In this document: positions 28,802-37,249 of the stretch, one piece after another | Layout: each line of letters starts with the position of its first letter | Position numbering within the stretch: position 1 is the first letter of the stretch | Origin: an uncultured Clostridia bacterium | GTDB lineage: Bacteria > Bacillota > Clostridia > Christensenellales > UBA1242 | Direction: 5' to 3' | DNA length: 64,000 nt | Assembly: GCA_934747385.1 (NCBI GenBank) | Contig: CAKVGK010000003.1 | Coordinates: 3,679 to 67,678, forward strand | Notes under the pieces: model-generated | The model's input: only the letters and a program-made list of their open reading frames with translations | Told to the model about the DNA's origin: nothing | Database searches by the model: none | Translations under genes and position numbers: made by a program

Positions 28802-30256
28802 TTAAAGTTCCGATACTTTTTTTTCTGTAGCCCCAGTCGTGTCTATGTCAGCCTGAGACCAATCCATACACCCAGCACCAGTAACATAACAATTCCTATT
28901 GTAGATAAATTGATTTTTTGGAAAGTCTAAATTATAAACAAGTTTATGACCTGCCCAAACAGCGGCTATTTTTCTGTTATTTTCTTTTTTCGCAAAAGTT
29001 GAGTTGTTGCCAATTTTAATTAAACAGCCCTGTATGTTAACCGTATAACTGTTTCCGCCAGATTCATTTATAAATCCCATCATGCCGCCAAAAGAAACAA
29101 CGTCAGCTGAATCATTGGATTCATTATTAATCACGACATTTCCGTTGAAAAAATTATTTAAAAGAATAACATTTTTAACATAACTACCTACTCCTATAAT
29201 TCCACCAACATTTCCAAAATCCGCATATTTGTCTGGACGAATAGTTATATCACAATTCACATAGCAGTTGCTAACTGAAATATATGCCCAAGAATTATAA
29301 CCTTCACCCTGCTTCTCTTCCCAGTCATAACCAACATAGCCAACAAGTCCTCCCACACTGCAATCTCCAGTATACCAACTCCAAAAAACATCAGATACAA
29401 CATCAATTGATGAGTTTAACACTTGACACTTAGAAATTTCCATATTTCCACAAGCATACCCAACTAGACATCCAACAGCAACAGTCGTTTGCCAGCATGA
29501 CGAGTATTTTTTATCATTTTCATGTGAATATAGTTCAATATTAACATTTTCCAAAGTTAAATTACTAATATTAGCACCATTTAACATTCCAAAGAAACCA
29601 GCACCATTCTTTTCTTCATTTTCTGGGAAAATTACCGAATCATATTGAGATTCATTTTCTCTTTTAATTAAAATATTAGAAACTTTATGCCCTTTTCCGT
29701 CAAAATCACCTTTAAAATATGACTCATTGTCACACCCAATAGGAACCCAAACTTCACCTGAAAGGTTAATATCCTTTGTCAATGAAATGGTTTGCCCCTC
29801 GTATGAGTTACCATTGTTAACATTATTTCTAAAATTTACTAGCCCTGTTTTGTCGCTTATGGTTATTGTTCCGTTTGTGGCAGCATAGGTTGCAACTGAA
29901 ACTTTATTTATGGTTTTGTCCATGGCTGAAAAATAATGTGTTTGATTATTTAATATGTAGTCAAACATAACTTCATTTGAGGTTATTTTAATTAAACCAC
30001 TTAATTCTCCTTTATTGCCGCTGCCGGAGATTTTTATCTTTTGGCTGAGTTTGTCTATTGTGTTGTCTTCTTTTGTTATGCTATCTGTCAATTCAAACTT
30101 AACAACACCTGCTGTGGTTCGCAATATCGCTATGTTGTTTGGTGTTAGGTTGAGGATTAAACCTAGGGTTGTTAGCCCTGCCAATGCAAAACAAAAAATT
30201 AGTAAGAGTATGCTTACTGTTTTTTTGTATCTTAATATCTTATTCGCCCCTAACAT
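28802..30256 (-). CDS. Membrane-anchored surface protein with GLUG-motif repeats
   Basis: 484-aa ORF with an N-terminal TM segment. FKGDFDGKGHKVSNILI is followed by repeated G-rich beta-helix-like units (VGCLVGYACGN, VGGLVGYVGY, VGGIIGVGSY, FGGMMGFINE). Confidence 0.6.
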   Translation of the reverse strand: MLGANKILRYKKTVSILLLIFCFALAGLTTLGLILNLTPNNIAILRTTAGVVKFELTDSITKEDNTIDKLSQKIKISGSGNKGELSGLIKITSNEVMFDYILNNQTHYFSAMDKTINKVSVATYAATNGTITISDKTGLVNFRNNVNNGNSYEGQTISLTKDINLSGEVWVPIGCDNESYFKGDFDGKGHKVSNILIKRENESQYDSVIFPENEEKNGAGFFGMLNGANISNLTLENVNIELYSHENDKKYSSCWQTTVAVGCLVGYACGNMEISKCQVLNSSIDVVSDVFWSWYTGDCSVGGLVGYVGYDWEEKQGEGYNSWAYISVSNCYVNCDITIRPDKYADFGNVGGIIGVGSYVKNVILLNNFFNGNVVINNESNDSADVVSFGGMMGFINESGGNSYTVNIQGCLIKIGNNSTFAKKENNRKIAAVWAGHKLVYNLDFPKNQFIYNRNCYVTGAGCMDWSQADIDTTGATEKKVSEL

Positions 30257-30330
30257 TAATGTTAGTATACCTTAATTTTAAAAAAGTTGTCAAATAATTT
30301 GGATTGATTATTGAACATCAATAAGTGAAA

Positions 30331-30762
30331 CTAATTTTTGCCGGTTGAGCCAATGCCGCCGCGGTCAACAGCGTCCAGATGGTCAACTGTAACAATTTCA
30401 TGTGCTGGTTGGTGAGCAATAATCCTGAATTGGCAAATGCGGTCATTTTTATGAATAACAGTATCGCGCATTGCAAGGGCTGGGAACATCCATTGATCGT
30501 TATCTCCACAATAACTTTCATCTATAATGCCCAGACTGTTGGCTTGAAGAATGCCAAAATTTTTAAAAGTGCTGCTGCGAGGAGCAACCAACGCTTCGTA
30601 GCCAGCTGGCAATTTAATGCCAACGCCAAGTTTGATAAGTTTAAATTCCCCTGCTTTAAGTTCCACTTCTTCAGCGGCGCGCAAGTCATACCAATCGCTT
30701 TTGTTTTCAATGAATTTTATTGGTTCAACGTCTGTGAAATATTTTACTTTAATTTGCAACAT
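30331..30762 (-). CDS. dut: dUTP diphosphatase (trimeric dUTPase)
   Basis: 143-aa ORF: [26 protein letters not shown], and C-terminal [11 protein letters not shown]. Confidence 0.9.
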   Translation of the reverse strand: MLQIKVKYFTDVEPIKFIENKSDWYDLRAAEEVELKAGEFKLIKLGVGIKLPAGYEALVAPRSSTFKNFGILQANSLGIIDESYCGDNDQWMFPALAMRDTVIHKNDRICQFRIIAHQPAHEIVTVDHLDAVDRGGIGSTGKN

Positions 30763-30887
30763 AATCCCTTCCTTTTATTACAAACAATATAACATAAACC
30801 AACAAAAAACACAAATAAATTGCAACATCCAAAAGTTGCTTCTGCAAACATTTAAGTTTAAAGCCCTTGTTATTTTAAAGGCTGGTA

Positions 30888-30915
30888 TTGACAAAAAATG
30901 AATTTTTGATATAAT
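30888..30915 (+). promoter_or_regulatory. Near-consensus sigma-70 promoter: TTGACA, 16-nt spacer containing TGn, then TATAAT
   Basis: TTGACA at 30888-30893 and TGATATAAT at 30907-30915. The first in-frame ATG of the track ORF (30914) lies inside the -10 box; the next in-frame ATG (30923) lies 7 nt after it. Confidence 0.65.
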
Positions 30916-30922
30916 GTTCGCG

Positions 30923-32434
30923 ATGAATAACAGTGAAAGATTTTATTATGAAACAGATTTTGGCATTAAATTGCTATATTGTTTTTTAAAAGCCGACTCA
31001 CAAAACCACAACTACCAAGCAAGAAAAATGATTGAAAACATTGAAGCTTGCAAAATTGACATAGACTCAATGAGGTTTTCTTTTGAAACTTTGGTTGCGC
31101 TTACAAGTTTGGCACTGAATAAAGAAAAGATTGAGCAGCAAGCACATATTGACTGGAACAATTACAAAGCAGAAATGGTTTCTACTTTTGAAAATTTTAG
31201 CAAAAGATATTCAAAAATTCCTTATTTTAAAGAATGGCTTCAAGTTAGTGATTGTGCCACAAAATACGTTAATGAAAATGCCCAATTTTGGATTAAAAAA
31301 GTGCGAAATGCATTCTTGCATGGGCAATTTGAGATAGACTACGACAATTTAAAAAAATATACTGTTAAAATATGCCAAAGCACACCAACAAAAATTGACG
31401 CAAAAATCAACATTTTTGAGCCAGGTTTAACAGAATTCGTTGAGGACAATTTTAGAAACATTTACAATCAAGGTTACGGAATTAAAGATAGTTATAATTT
31501 TATGCGTTACCCTGATTTTGACATAACAAACGAAAAAACATTGGAAGAATATGTGAGCAAAATTTCAATGAATCAATATAAAATTGATTTTGATAAATAC
31601 ACCTATGACGGCATGACTTTAAATTCTGCAGACGGCAAAAAGATAAAGCCAAAAATTGAAACCTCACAAATTGTTGAAGACTCCAATCCAAATGTAAATA
31701 TGCCTGAGTTTTTAGTTGCAAACGGAGGCTCGATGAGTTTAAGTCCAGAAAAAGCCAAACTGCTTGCAAAGTTAATTCACAAAAACGCAGGTTATATTTA
31801 TCATTCCAACAAAAAAAGACTTATTGTTCATAAATATTTTTCAAATTACACATTCACTTATGAAACAATGAATTCTATTTTGCATGAACTTGTTAATGCT
31901 TTCAATTACGTTTACTTCACTTCATTGCCCAACCATAAAAAACAACACAATTTTAATAGAACTTTCCAAATTTTGGATTTTTGCAAAGACAATTTAAAGC
32001 CAACTATGACACTTTTACAACTTTACAGATTGCAATATAGGTTACAATGCAAAAATTTCCCACCTGTTGACTTTTCAAATTTGAATTGCGAAAGATTATT
32101 TGGCTCAACCACTCCTGAATTAATTGACGCGAGAATTGAAAAGATTATGAAAAACAATCCAGACTTGACAAAAAAACAGGCCACCAACAAAGCATATTTG
32201 GAAATTTTGCGCGATTCACTTGCTCATGGCAATGTTGAATATCAAAGATTGGTTTCAGATGATTTGGACATAATTGAAGGCAGATTCACCTTTACAGATT
32301 CTTGGACGGACAAAGCTGGCAACCACACAGAAACAAAAATCATATCAAATGTTGGTTCGTTGGAATATTTGTTTACTGAAATTGACAAGGATCTTGACTT
32401 TTTGCCATACAAAGATATGGAAGATGAAATTTAA
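30923..32434 (+). CDS. Orphan cytoplasmic protein with two R-x4-H (HEPN-type) motifs; candidate tandem-HEPN RNase
   Basis: Track ORF is 30914..32434 (506 aa). Motif 1 is KKVRNAFLHGQFE (R131/H136, nt 31304-31321). Motif 2 is EILRDSLAHGNVE (R433/H438, nt 32210-32227). The surrounding sequences are mutually similar ([VL]R[ND][AS][FL][LA]HG[QN].E). No signal peptide or TM segment. The start is probably ATG 30923, given the promoter position. That the ORF is coding is highly likely; the HEPN call rests on motifs only. Confidence 0.6.
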   Translation: MNNSERFYYETDFGIKLLYCFLKADSQNHNYQARKMIENIEACKIDIDSMRFSFETLVALTSLALNKEKIEQQAHIDWNNYKAEMVSTFENFSKRYSKIPYFKEWLQVSDCATKYVNENAQFWIKKVRNAFLHGQFEIDYDNLKKYTVKICQSTPTKIDAKINIFEPGLTEFVEDNFRNIYNQGYGIKDSYNFMRYPDFDITNEKTLEEYVSKISMNQYKIDFDKYTYDGMTLNSADGKKIKPKIETSQIVEDSNPNVNMPEFLVANGGSMSLSPEKAKLLAKLIHKNAGYIYHSNKKRLIVHKYFSNYTFTYETMNSILHELVNAFNYVYFTSLPNHKKQHNFNRTFQILDFCKDNLKPTMTLLQLYRLQYRLQCKNFPPVDFSNLNCERLFGSTTPELIDARIEKIMKNNPDLTKKQATNKAYLEILRDSLAHGNVEYQRLVSDDLDIIEGRFTFTDSWTDKAGNHTETKIISNVGSLEYLFTEIDKDLDFLPYKDMEDEI

Positions 32435-32524
32435 CGTTTTTTTATAAATATTTTATTTTTAATAAAGCAATCAACAAAAAATTGTTACTTAACATGCTTT
32501 ATTTCAATAACAAATGAAGACACT

Positions 32525-32554
32525 AAAAAAAGACTAGTTGAACTAGTCTTTTTT
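32525..32554. terminator. Bidirectional intrinsic terminator between the HEPN-motif gene and rplA
   Basis: AAAAAA-AGACTAG-ttgaa-CTAGTCT-TTTTT. Confidence 0.8.
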
Positions 32555-32568
32555 GTTAACATGTTAAA

Positions 32569-33255
32569 TTATTTAACGTCGTAACTTAATTTAACGCTTG
32601 GGCCCATTGTTGTTGCAACATAAACTGATTTTAAGTAAACACCTTTTGCTGCAGCTGGTTTTGCTTTAATAATAGCGTCCATAACTGTTGTTAAGTTGTT
32701 GAACAATTTTTCAGCACCAAAGCTTACTTTACCAATACGAACGTGAACAATGTTTTGTTTGTCAAGACGATATTCAACCTTACCGGCTTTAACGTCGTTA
32801 ATAGCTTTAGTAACGTCCATAGTAACAGTGCCGCTCTTTGGGTTTGGCATTAAGCCTTTAGGTCCAAGAATACGAGCACAACGACCGATTGCACCCATCA
32901 TGTCTGGTGTGGTGATGCAGACATCGAAGTCCAACCAACCGCCCATGATTTTAGCAATAACGTCATCGTCGCCAACGATATCAGCGCCAGCTTTGCGAGC
33001 TTCTTCTGCCTTATCGCCACGAGTGATAACCAAAACGCGAACAGTTTTACCTGTACCTTCTGGCAAAACGCAAACGCCACGAACTTGTTGGTCTGCGTTA
33101 CGGCCATCAACGCCAAGTTTAACGTGAAGTTCAACAGTTTCGTCAAATTTTGCTTTGCTTGTTGAAACAACAACGTCCATAGCTTCTCTTGGAGCGTATG
33201 CCTTTGATTTGTCTATGAGTTTAAGAGCTTCTTGATAATTCTTACTTGTTGCCAT
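32569..33255 (-). CDS. rplA: 50S ribosomal protein L1
   Basis: 228-aa ORF: ...[24 protein letters not shown]...[16 protein letters not shown]. Confidence 0.97.
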   Translation of the reverse strand: MATSKNYQEALKLIDKSKAYAPREAMDVVVSTSKAKFDETVELHVKLGVDGRNADQQVRGVCVLPEGTGKTVRVLVITRGDKAEEARKAGADIVGDDDVIAKIMGGWLDFDVCITTPDMMGAIGRCARILGPKGLMPNPKSGTVTMDVTKAINDVKAGKVEYRLDKQNIVHVRIGKVSFGAEKLFNNLTTVMDAIIKAKPAAAKGVYLKSVYVATTMGPSVKLSYDVK

Positions 33256-33682
33256 TCCAGCCCTCCACTACTACGCCCATGCTGCGGCAAGAACCTGCAA
33301 TCATGCTCATTGCTGCTTCAATGCTTGCTGCATTAAGGTCGCTCATTTTTGTTTCTGCGATTTTCTTAAGTTGTTCGACTGTGATTTTACCAACTTTGTT
33401 TTTAGGGGCTTTATCGCTACCCTTTTCAATGCCAGCTTCCTTCAAAATAAGGTCAGCTGCTGGTGGTTGTTTAAGCACGAATGTGAAACTTCTATCTTCG
33501 TAGATAGTGATTACACATGGAACTGTAAAGCCAACCATTGATTGTGTTTTGTCGTTAAATTCTTTAACGAAACCTGCAATGTTAATGCCATGAGGACCAA
33601 GCACTGAACCAACTGGTGGTGCTGGAGTAGCTTTTGTTGCAGGAAGTTGAATGTTAACAACTGCTTTAACTTTTTTTGCCAT
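33242..33682 (-). CDS. rplK: 50S ribosomal protein L11
   Basis: 146-aa ORF: [26 protein letters not shown]-type N-terminus (here [28 protein letters not shown]). It overlaps the rplA start by 14 nt. Confidence 0.97.
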   Translation of the reverse strand: MAKKVKAVVNIQLPATKATPAPPVGSVLGPHGINIAGFVKEFNDKTQSMVGFTVPCVITIYEDRSFTFVLKQPPAADLILKEAGIEKGSDKAPKNKVGKITVEQLKKIAETKMSDLNAASIEAAMSMIAGSCRSMGVVVEGWNGNK

Positions 33683-33782
33683 CTCTATTTTCTCCTTTTT
33701 TAATATGTGGCGTGGTTAATGAGGCCGACCACCTCTCCCACGAAAGTTTCCCTCTCTTTAAGGCGGATGAGTTTCCTATAAA
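33683..33782 (-). promoter_or_regulatory. GC-enriched structured leader of the rplK-rplA operon; candidate L1-binding autoregulatory element
   Basis: Minus-strand RNA ...CGUGGGAGAGGUGGUCGGCCUCAUUAACCACG... forms nested CGUGG/CCACG and GAGG/CCUC stems. The region is far more GC-rich than other intergenic DNA here. Confidence 0.35.
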
Positions 33783-34343
33783 TTAATTGTTGCTTACTCT
33801 AACTTGACCGAAAGACAACTCAACGTCACTTTCACGGCCAAACATTTCAACGCTAGCGGTCAATTTTTGATTTTCTTTGTCCACAGCCTTAACAACGCCA
33901 ACAAAGTTTGCAAGTGAGCCTTCAAGAATTTCAATCATATCGCCAACTTTAACGTCCAAATCCATTTTTGCTTCGTGCATATTTGCACCGTCAACACCCA
34001 TGCGCCTTGCTTCTTCGTCTGTGATTGGAATTGGTCTGCCCTTTGGTCCAACGAAACCAGTAATATACTGAGTTCTTGTAACAGCGTGCCAAATGTCGTC
34101 GCCATATTTCATTCTAACCAACATATAGCCTGGCATAGTCTTTTTAGGAACAAGCACTTTTTTGCCACGTTTTTCAACAAGTTCGTCTTCCATAGGAATG
34201 ATTATTTGGAAAATGCGGTCTTGCAAGTCATACTTTTCAACAGTAATTTCCAAATTTTGTTTAGCAACATTTTCGTAACCAGAAAACACGTGAAGCACGT
34301 ACCATTTAGGTTCAATATCTTTGTTATTATCTACAATTGCCAT
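33783..34343 (-). CDS. nusG: Transcription termination/antitermination factor NusG
   Basis: 186-aa ORF: WYVLHVFSGYENVAKQNLE (NGN domain) and a C-terminal KOW (VGDMIEILEGSLANFVGVV). Confidence 0.95.
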   Translation of the reverse strand: MAIVDNNKDIEPKWYVLHVFSGYENVAKQNLEITVEKYDLQDRIFQIIIPMEDELVEKRGKKVLVPKKTMPGYMLVRMKYGDDIWHAVTRTQYITGFVGPKGRPIPITDEEARRMGVDGANMHEAKMDLDVKVGDMIEILEGSLANFVGVVKAVDKENQKLTASVEMFGRESDVELSFGQVRVSNN

Positions 34344-34357
34344 AACTTAAACTCCTC

Positions 34358-34651
34358 CTAGAACAAAAGCCCAACCAGCCAAGAGCAAAGTTTGTCAAGC
34401 CCGAACAAAACAAGTGTGAACACAATAACAACAACCAAAACCACGCCTGTTTGCTTAACAACGTCTTTAAATTTTGGCCAACTGACTTTTTTAAGTTCAG
34501 CACCAGTATCTTTCAAAGATTTTGCCAATTTGTTAGGCTTTTTGACCTTGTCTTTTTTAGGTTTTGCGTTTTTTGCCTTAACTTCCACAACCTTGCCGTT
34601 AGATTTGTTTTCTATTTCCTTTGTTTCAACCAGTTTTTTATCTTCAACCAT
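34358..34651 (-). CDS. secE: Preprotein translocase subunit SecE (with Lys-rich N-terminal extension)
   Basis: 97-aa ORF with an AGGAGA SD. It contains ELKKVSWPKFKDVVKQTGVVLVVVIVFTLVLFGLD and sits between rpmG and nusG. Confidence 0.85.
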   Translation of the reverse strand: MVEDKKLVETKEIENKSNGKVVEVKAKNAKPKKDKVKKPNKLAKSLKDTGAELKKVSWPKFKDVVKQTGVVLVVVIVFTLVLFGLDKLCSWLVGLLF

Positions 34652-34659
34652 AATCTCTC

Positions 34660-34830
34660 CTATTTTGTTTCTTTATGAGTGGTTTCTTTTTTGCAATTTG
34701 GGCAGAATTTTTTAAGTTCTAATCTGTCTGGGTCGTTTGCTTTGTTTTTGGTAGTGTTGTAGTTACGATTTTTGCATTCTGTGCACTCCAAAATTATTTT
34801 TTCTCTTTTGCTTTTTGCTTTCTTTGCCAT
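34660..34830 (-). CDS. rpmG: 50S ribosomal protein L33
   Basis: Found by eye (56 aa, below the track cutoff): [66 protein letters not shown] and CxxC...CxxC zinc ribbon. Confidence 0.9.
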   Translation of the reverse strand: MAKKAKSKREKIILECTECKNRNYNTTKNKANDPDRLELKKFCPNCKKETTHKETK

Positions 34831-35232
34831 ATTGTTCTCCTTTTTTTAATTTAATACCCATTAACTGGTATAATTCCACATTAAATTTGGTGTTGTTTTA
34901 ACCTATTCAAAAATTAAAACTGAAATTTTTAACAAAAGTTTGTTTATATTTTTGTGTTCAAGACCTAAAACAATTATTTCTCAACTGTTTTAAGTAAAAC
35001 TTAAACGCCAAAAATGCATTCGTTAAAAAAACACCTGCTTGGTGTAATCATATATTAACACAATCACACAACCTTGTCAACACAAAAATGAAACTTTTTT
35101 TTAAAATTTAAACCTTTTTAGAAGAAAAATGTTTTCCAAAACGCATATACAATTGACACTATAAATCAGTGCCATAACAACATAGCGCATTCAAAACAAA
35201 AAAACCACCAAGAAAATGGTGGCTGTTTTTAA

Positions 35233-35802
35233 TTATTCTTCTTCAATTTCTGTGTTTTGAGTTGCTGCTGGTTCTTCAATCTCAATTGTCTGTTCTTCCA
35301 AATCTTCATCTAAGGTTTCAAGCTCATTCTTTTTTGGTTTATCAGCCAAACTTCCGTTTGAAAGTTCTTTTGGTTGACGTTCTTTCTTTTGAACCTTTTT
35401 GTTGCCCAACATAACTTCAACAAAACCAACTTTTGTGCCATTGATTTCGCAAACAAGGCGGAAAATTGCATAAGCCAAAAACAAGAAGGCCAAAGCAGCA
35501 ATAACGTTTTGATAAGTATGCATACCTTTGTAAAGGTCATAAGTTGGAATGCCAAATTCAAGTGCAAAATAAATCACACTTTCAAGCACCAAGAAAGCAA
35601 TTGTAATAACAAATAAATCCATCATTCTTTTTTTGGTTTCCTTATCTGTTAAAACAACAATCATTAGTAAGGCTGTTATTGCAAAATAAGCAACAAAGTT
35701 AATGCCAACCCCACTGAAGAAGTTAAGCAGAGTGTTCCATGCCAAACTTATGGCACAAGCAACAAAAACCAAAACGAAAGATAATTTTAAATTTTTAGAC
35801 AT
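35233..35802 (-). CDS. Multi-pass membrane protein with acidic C-terminal tail, unknown function
   Basis: 189-aa ORF with 4 hydrophobic segments and the tail ...ELETLDEDLEEQTIEIEEPAATQNTEIEEE. Confidence 0.55.
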   Translation of the reverse strand: MSKNLKLSFVLVFVACAISLAWNTLLNFFSGVGINFVAYFAITALLMIVVLTDKETKKRMMDLFVITIAFLVLESVIYFALEFGIPTYDLYKGMHTYQNVIAALAFLFLAYAIFRLVCEINGTKVGFVEVMLGNKKVQKKERQPKELSNGSLADKPKKNELETLDEDLEEQTIEIEEPAATQNTEIEEE

Positions 35803-35989
35803 AATTTAACCTCTTTATTTCATTATAAGTCATTTTTCAATATTTGGCAAACAAAAAATCAAATGTTTCAAGTTTAATGTAATAATTTTGTCAGTTTAAA
35901 GGGATTTTAAATCAAAATTTTCAAAAAATGGCAGGTTTTTGCAAAAAATACCAAGTTTGGTGATATTTTGCTTAAAAAAAGAGGTTTAT

Positions 35990-36157
35990 ATGGAAGAAGA
36001 TTTGCAATTAGCTTTAAAAAAAATTGCCGACCTTGAAAGAAAAATTGAAAAATATTTTGAAATCTTGCAAGTAACAAACGAGTTGGATTTTATTTTGAAA
36101 GGTGGCTATTATTTAACCGCAGAGTTAGACAAAATCATTTCAGGCGAATACGAATAA
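35990..36157 (+). CDS. Small coiled-coil protein (55 aa), hypothetical
   Basis: I prefer ATG 35990 (GAGG SD) within track ORF 35939..36157: MEEDLQLALKKIADLERKIEKYFEILQ... It ends 15 nt before the next gene. Confidence 0.4.
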   Translation: MEEDLQLALKKIADLERKIEKYFEILQVTNELDFILKGGYYLTAELDKIISGEYE

Positions 36158-36172
36158 ATTTAAGGAGAAAAT

Positions 36173-37249
36173 ATGACAAGTATAGAACAATTAAAACAAG
36201 AATTATTAACACAAAAAGCGGTCATTGAAACAAAAGGCGGCACAGTTACTCCAGCGCACACCAACCCAAGTCCGGCTGAAATTACTGCAGGAATAAACTC
36301 CATTCCAGTTTTGGACATGAGCAACGCAACCGCCACCGAAGAAGACGTTATTACAGGAAAAACCTTTTACGCTGTGAGTGGCGAACTAAAAACTGGCAGT
36401 TTAGAAACACTTGACGCAAACACTTTGGAAATTTATTACAACAACTATCATACCACACCAATTTCCACAAAAACAGATTATCATGTGCGCCCAGGCACGC
36501 TTAAACTGCGTGACTACTTTATGTGTTGCAGCAACAGCACGATTGACATGTATTTTAACAGCGAACTTCAAGAGATTGGTGCTCATGCTTTTCAGCAGTG
36601 CTATAATTTTGAATTGAAAAACTTCCAACAGGTGCAGAACTTAACCAAGATTGGTGACTATGCCCTGCATGGCGTAAAACACCTTGATTTAACCAACATT
36701 CCTGCTTCAATCACAACTATTGGGAAATATGGATTTGCTGAAACAGTTTACAACAACCCTTACATTAAAGTTCCTTCAACCGTAACAAGCGTGGACAAAA
36801 ACTGCTTTGGCACAACAAGTTACAGCAAACGTTTGCATTGTGAATATTTTGACATAAGCGAAGCCGGCATAACAAGTTTGGCAGAAGGCATGTTCCAAGG
36901 TGTTGTTACCAACACAGACTTCGTAACCCCGTCTTGGGTTACAAGCATACCAAACTGGTTCACATATTACGGCAGCGTAAAAACTTTCACAGTAACTTCA
37001 AACGTTACAATTCTCAACGGTTACATAGTTGGCGTGCCTGAAGGCGAACCAGCAGAAAACAAGAGGTTGCAGTCTATAACCCTTGAGGGTGTAACTCCGC
37101 CAAAATTTAATGGTTTCACTTTTGGTCCAACTTACATGTTGGATGACGTTTATATCTACGTTCCAGACCAATCTGTGGAAGCATATAAAGCTGCAAAAAA
37201 TTGCTCTATGTACAAGAACAACATTAAGCCAATGAGCGAAAAGCCATAA
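36173..37249 (+). CDS. BspA-type leucine-rich-repeat (LRR_5) protein without a signal peptide
   Basis: 358-aa ORF with an AAGGAGAA SD. It has repeated IG.xAF..C units (IGAHAFQQCYNFE, IGDYALHGVKHL, IGKYGFAETV, LAEGMFQGV). The N-terminus is ...ATATEEDVITGKTFYAVSGELKTGSL. Confidence 0.65.
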   Translation: MTSIEQLKQELLTQKAVIETKGGTVTPAHTNPSPAEITAGINSIPVLDMSNATATEEDVITGKTFYAVSGELKTGSLETLDANTLEIYYNNYHTTPISTKTDYHVRPGTLKLRDYFMCCSNSTIDMYFNSELQEIGAHAFQQCYNFELKNFQQVQNLTKIGDYALHGVKHLDLTNIPASITTIGKYGFAETVYNNPYIKVPSTVTSVDKNCFGTTSYSKRLHCEYFDISEAGITSLAEGMFQGVVTNTDFVTPSWVTSIPNWFTYYGSVKTFTVTSNVTILNGYIVGVPEGEPAENKRLQSITLEGVTPPKFNGFTFGPTYMLDDVYIYVPDQSVEAYKAAKNCSMYKNNIKPMSEKP

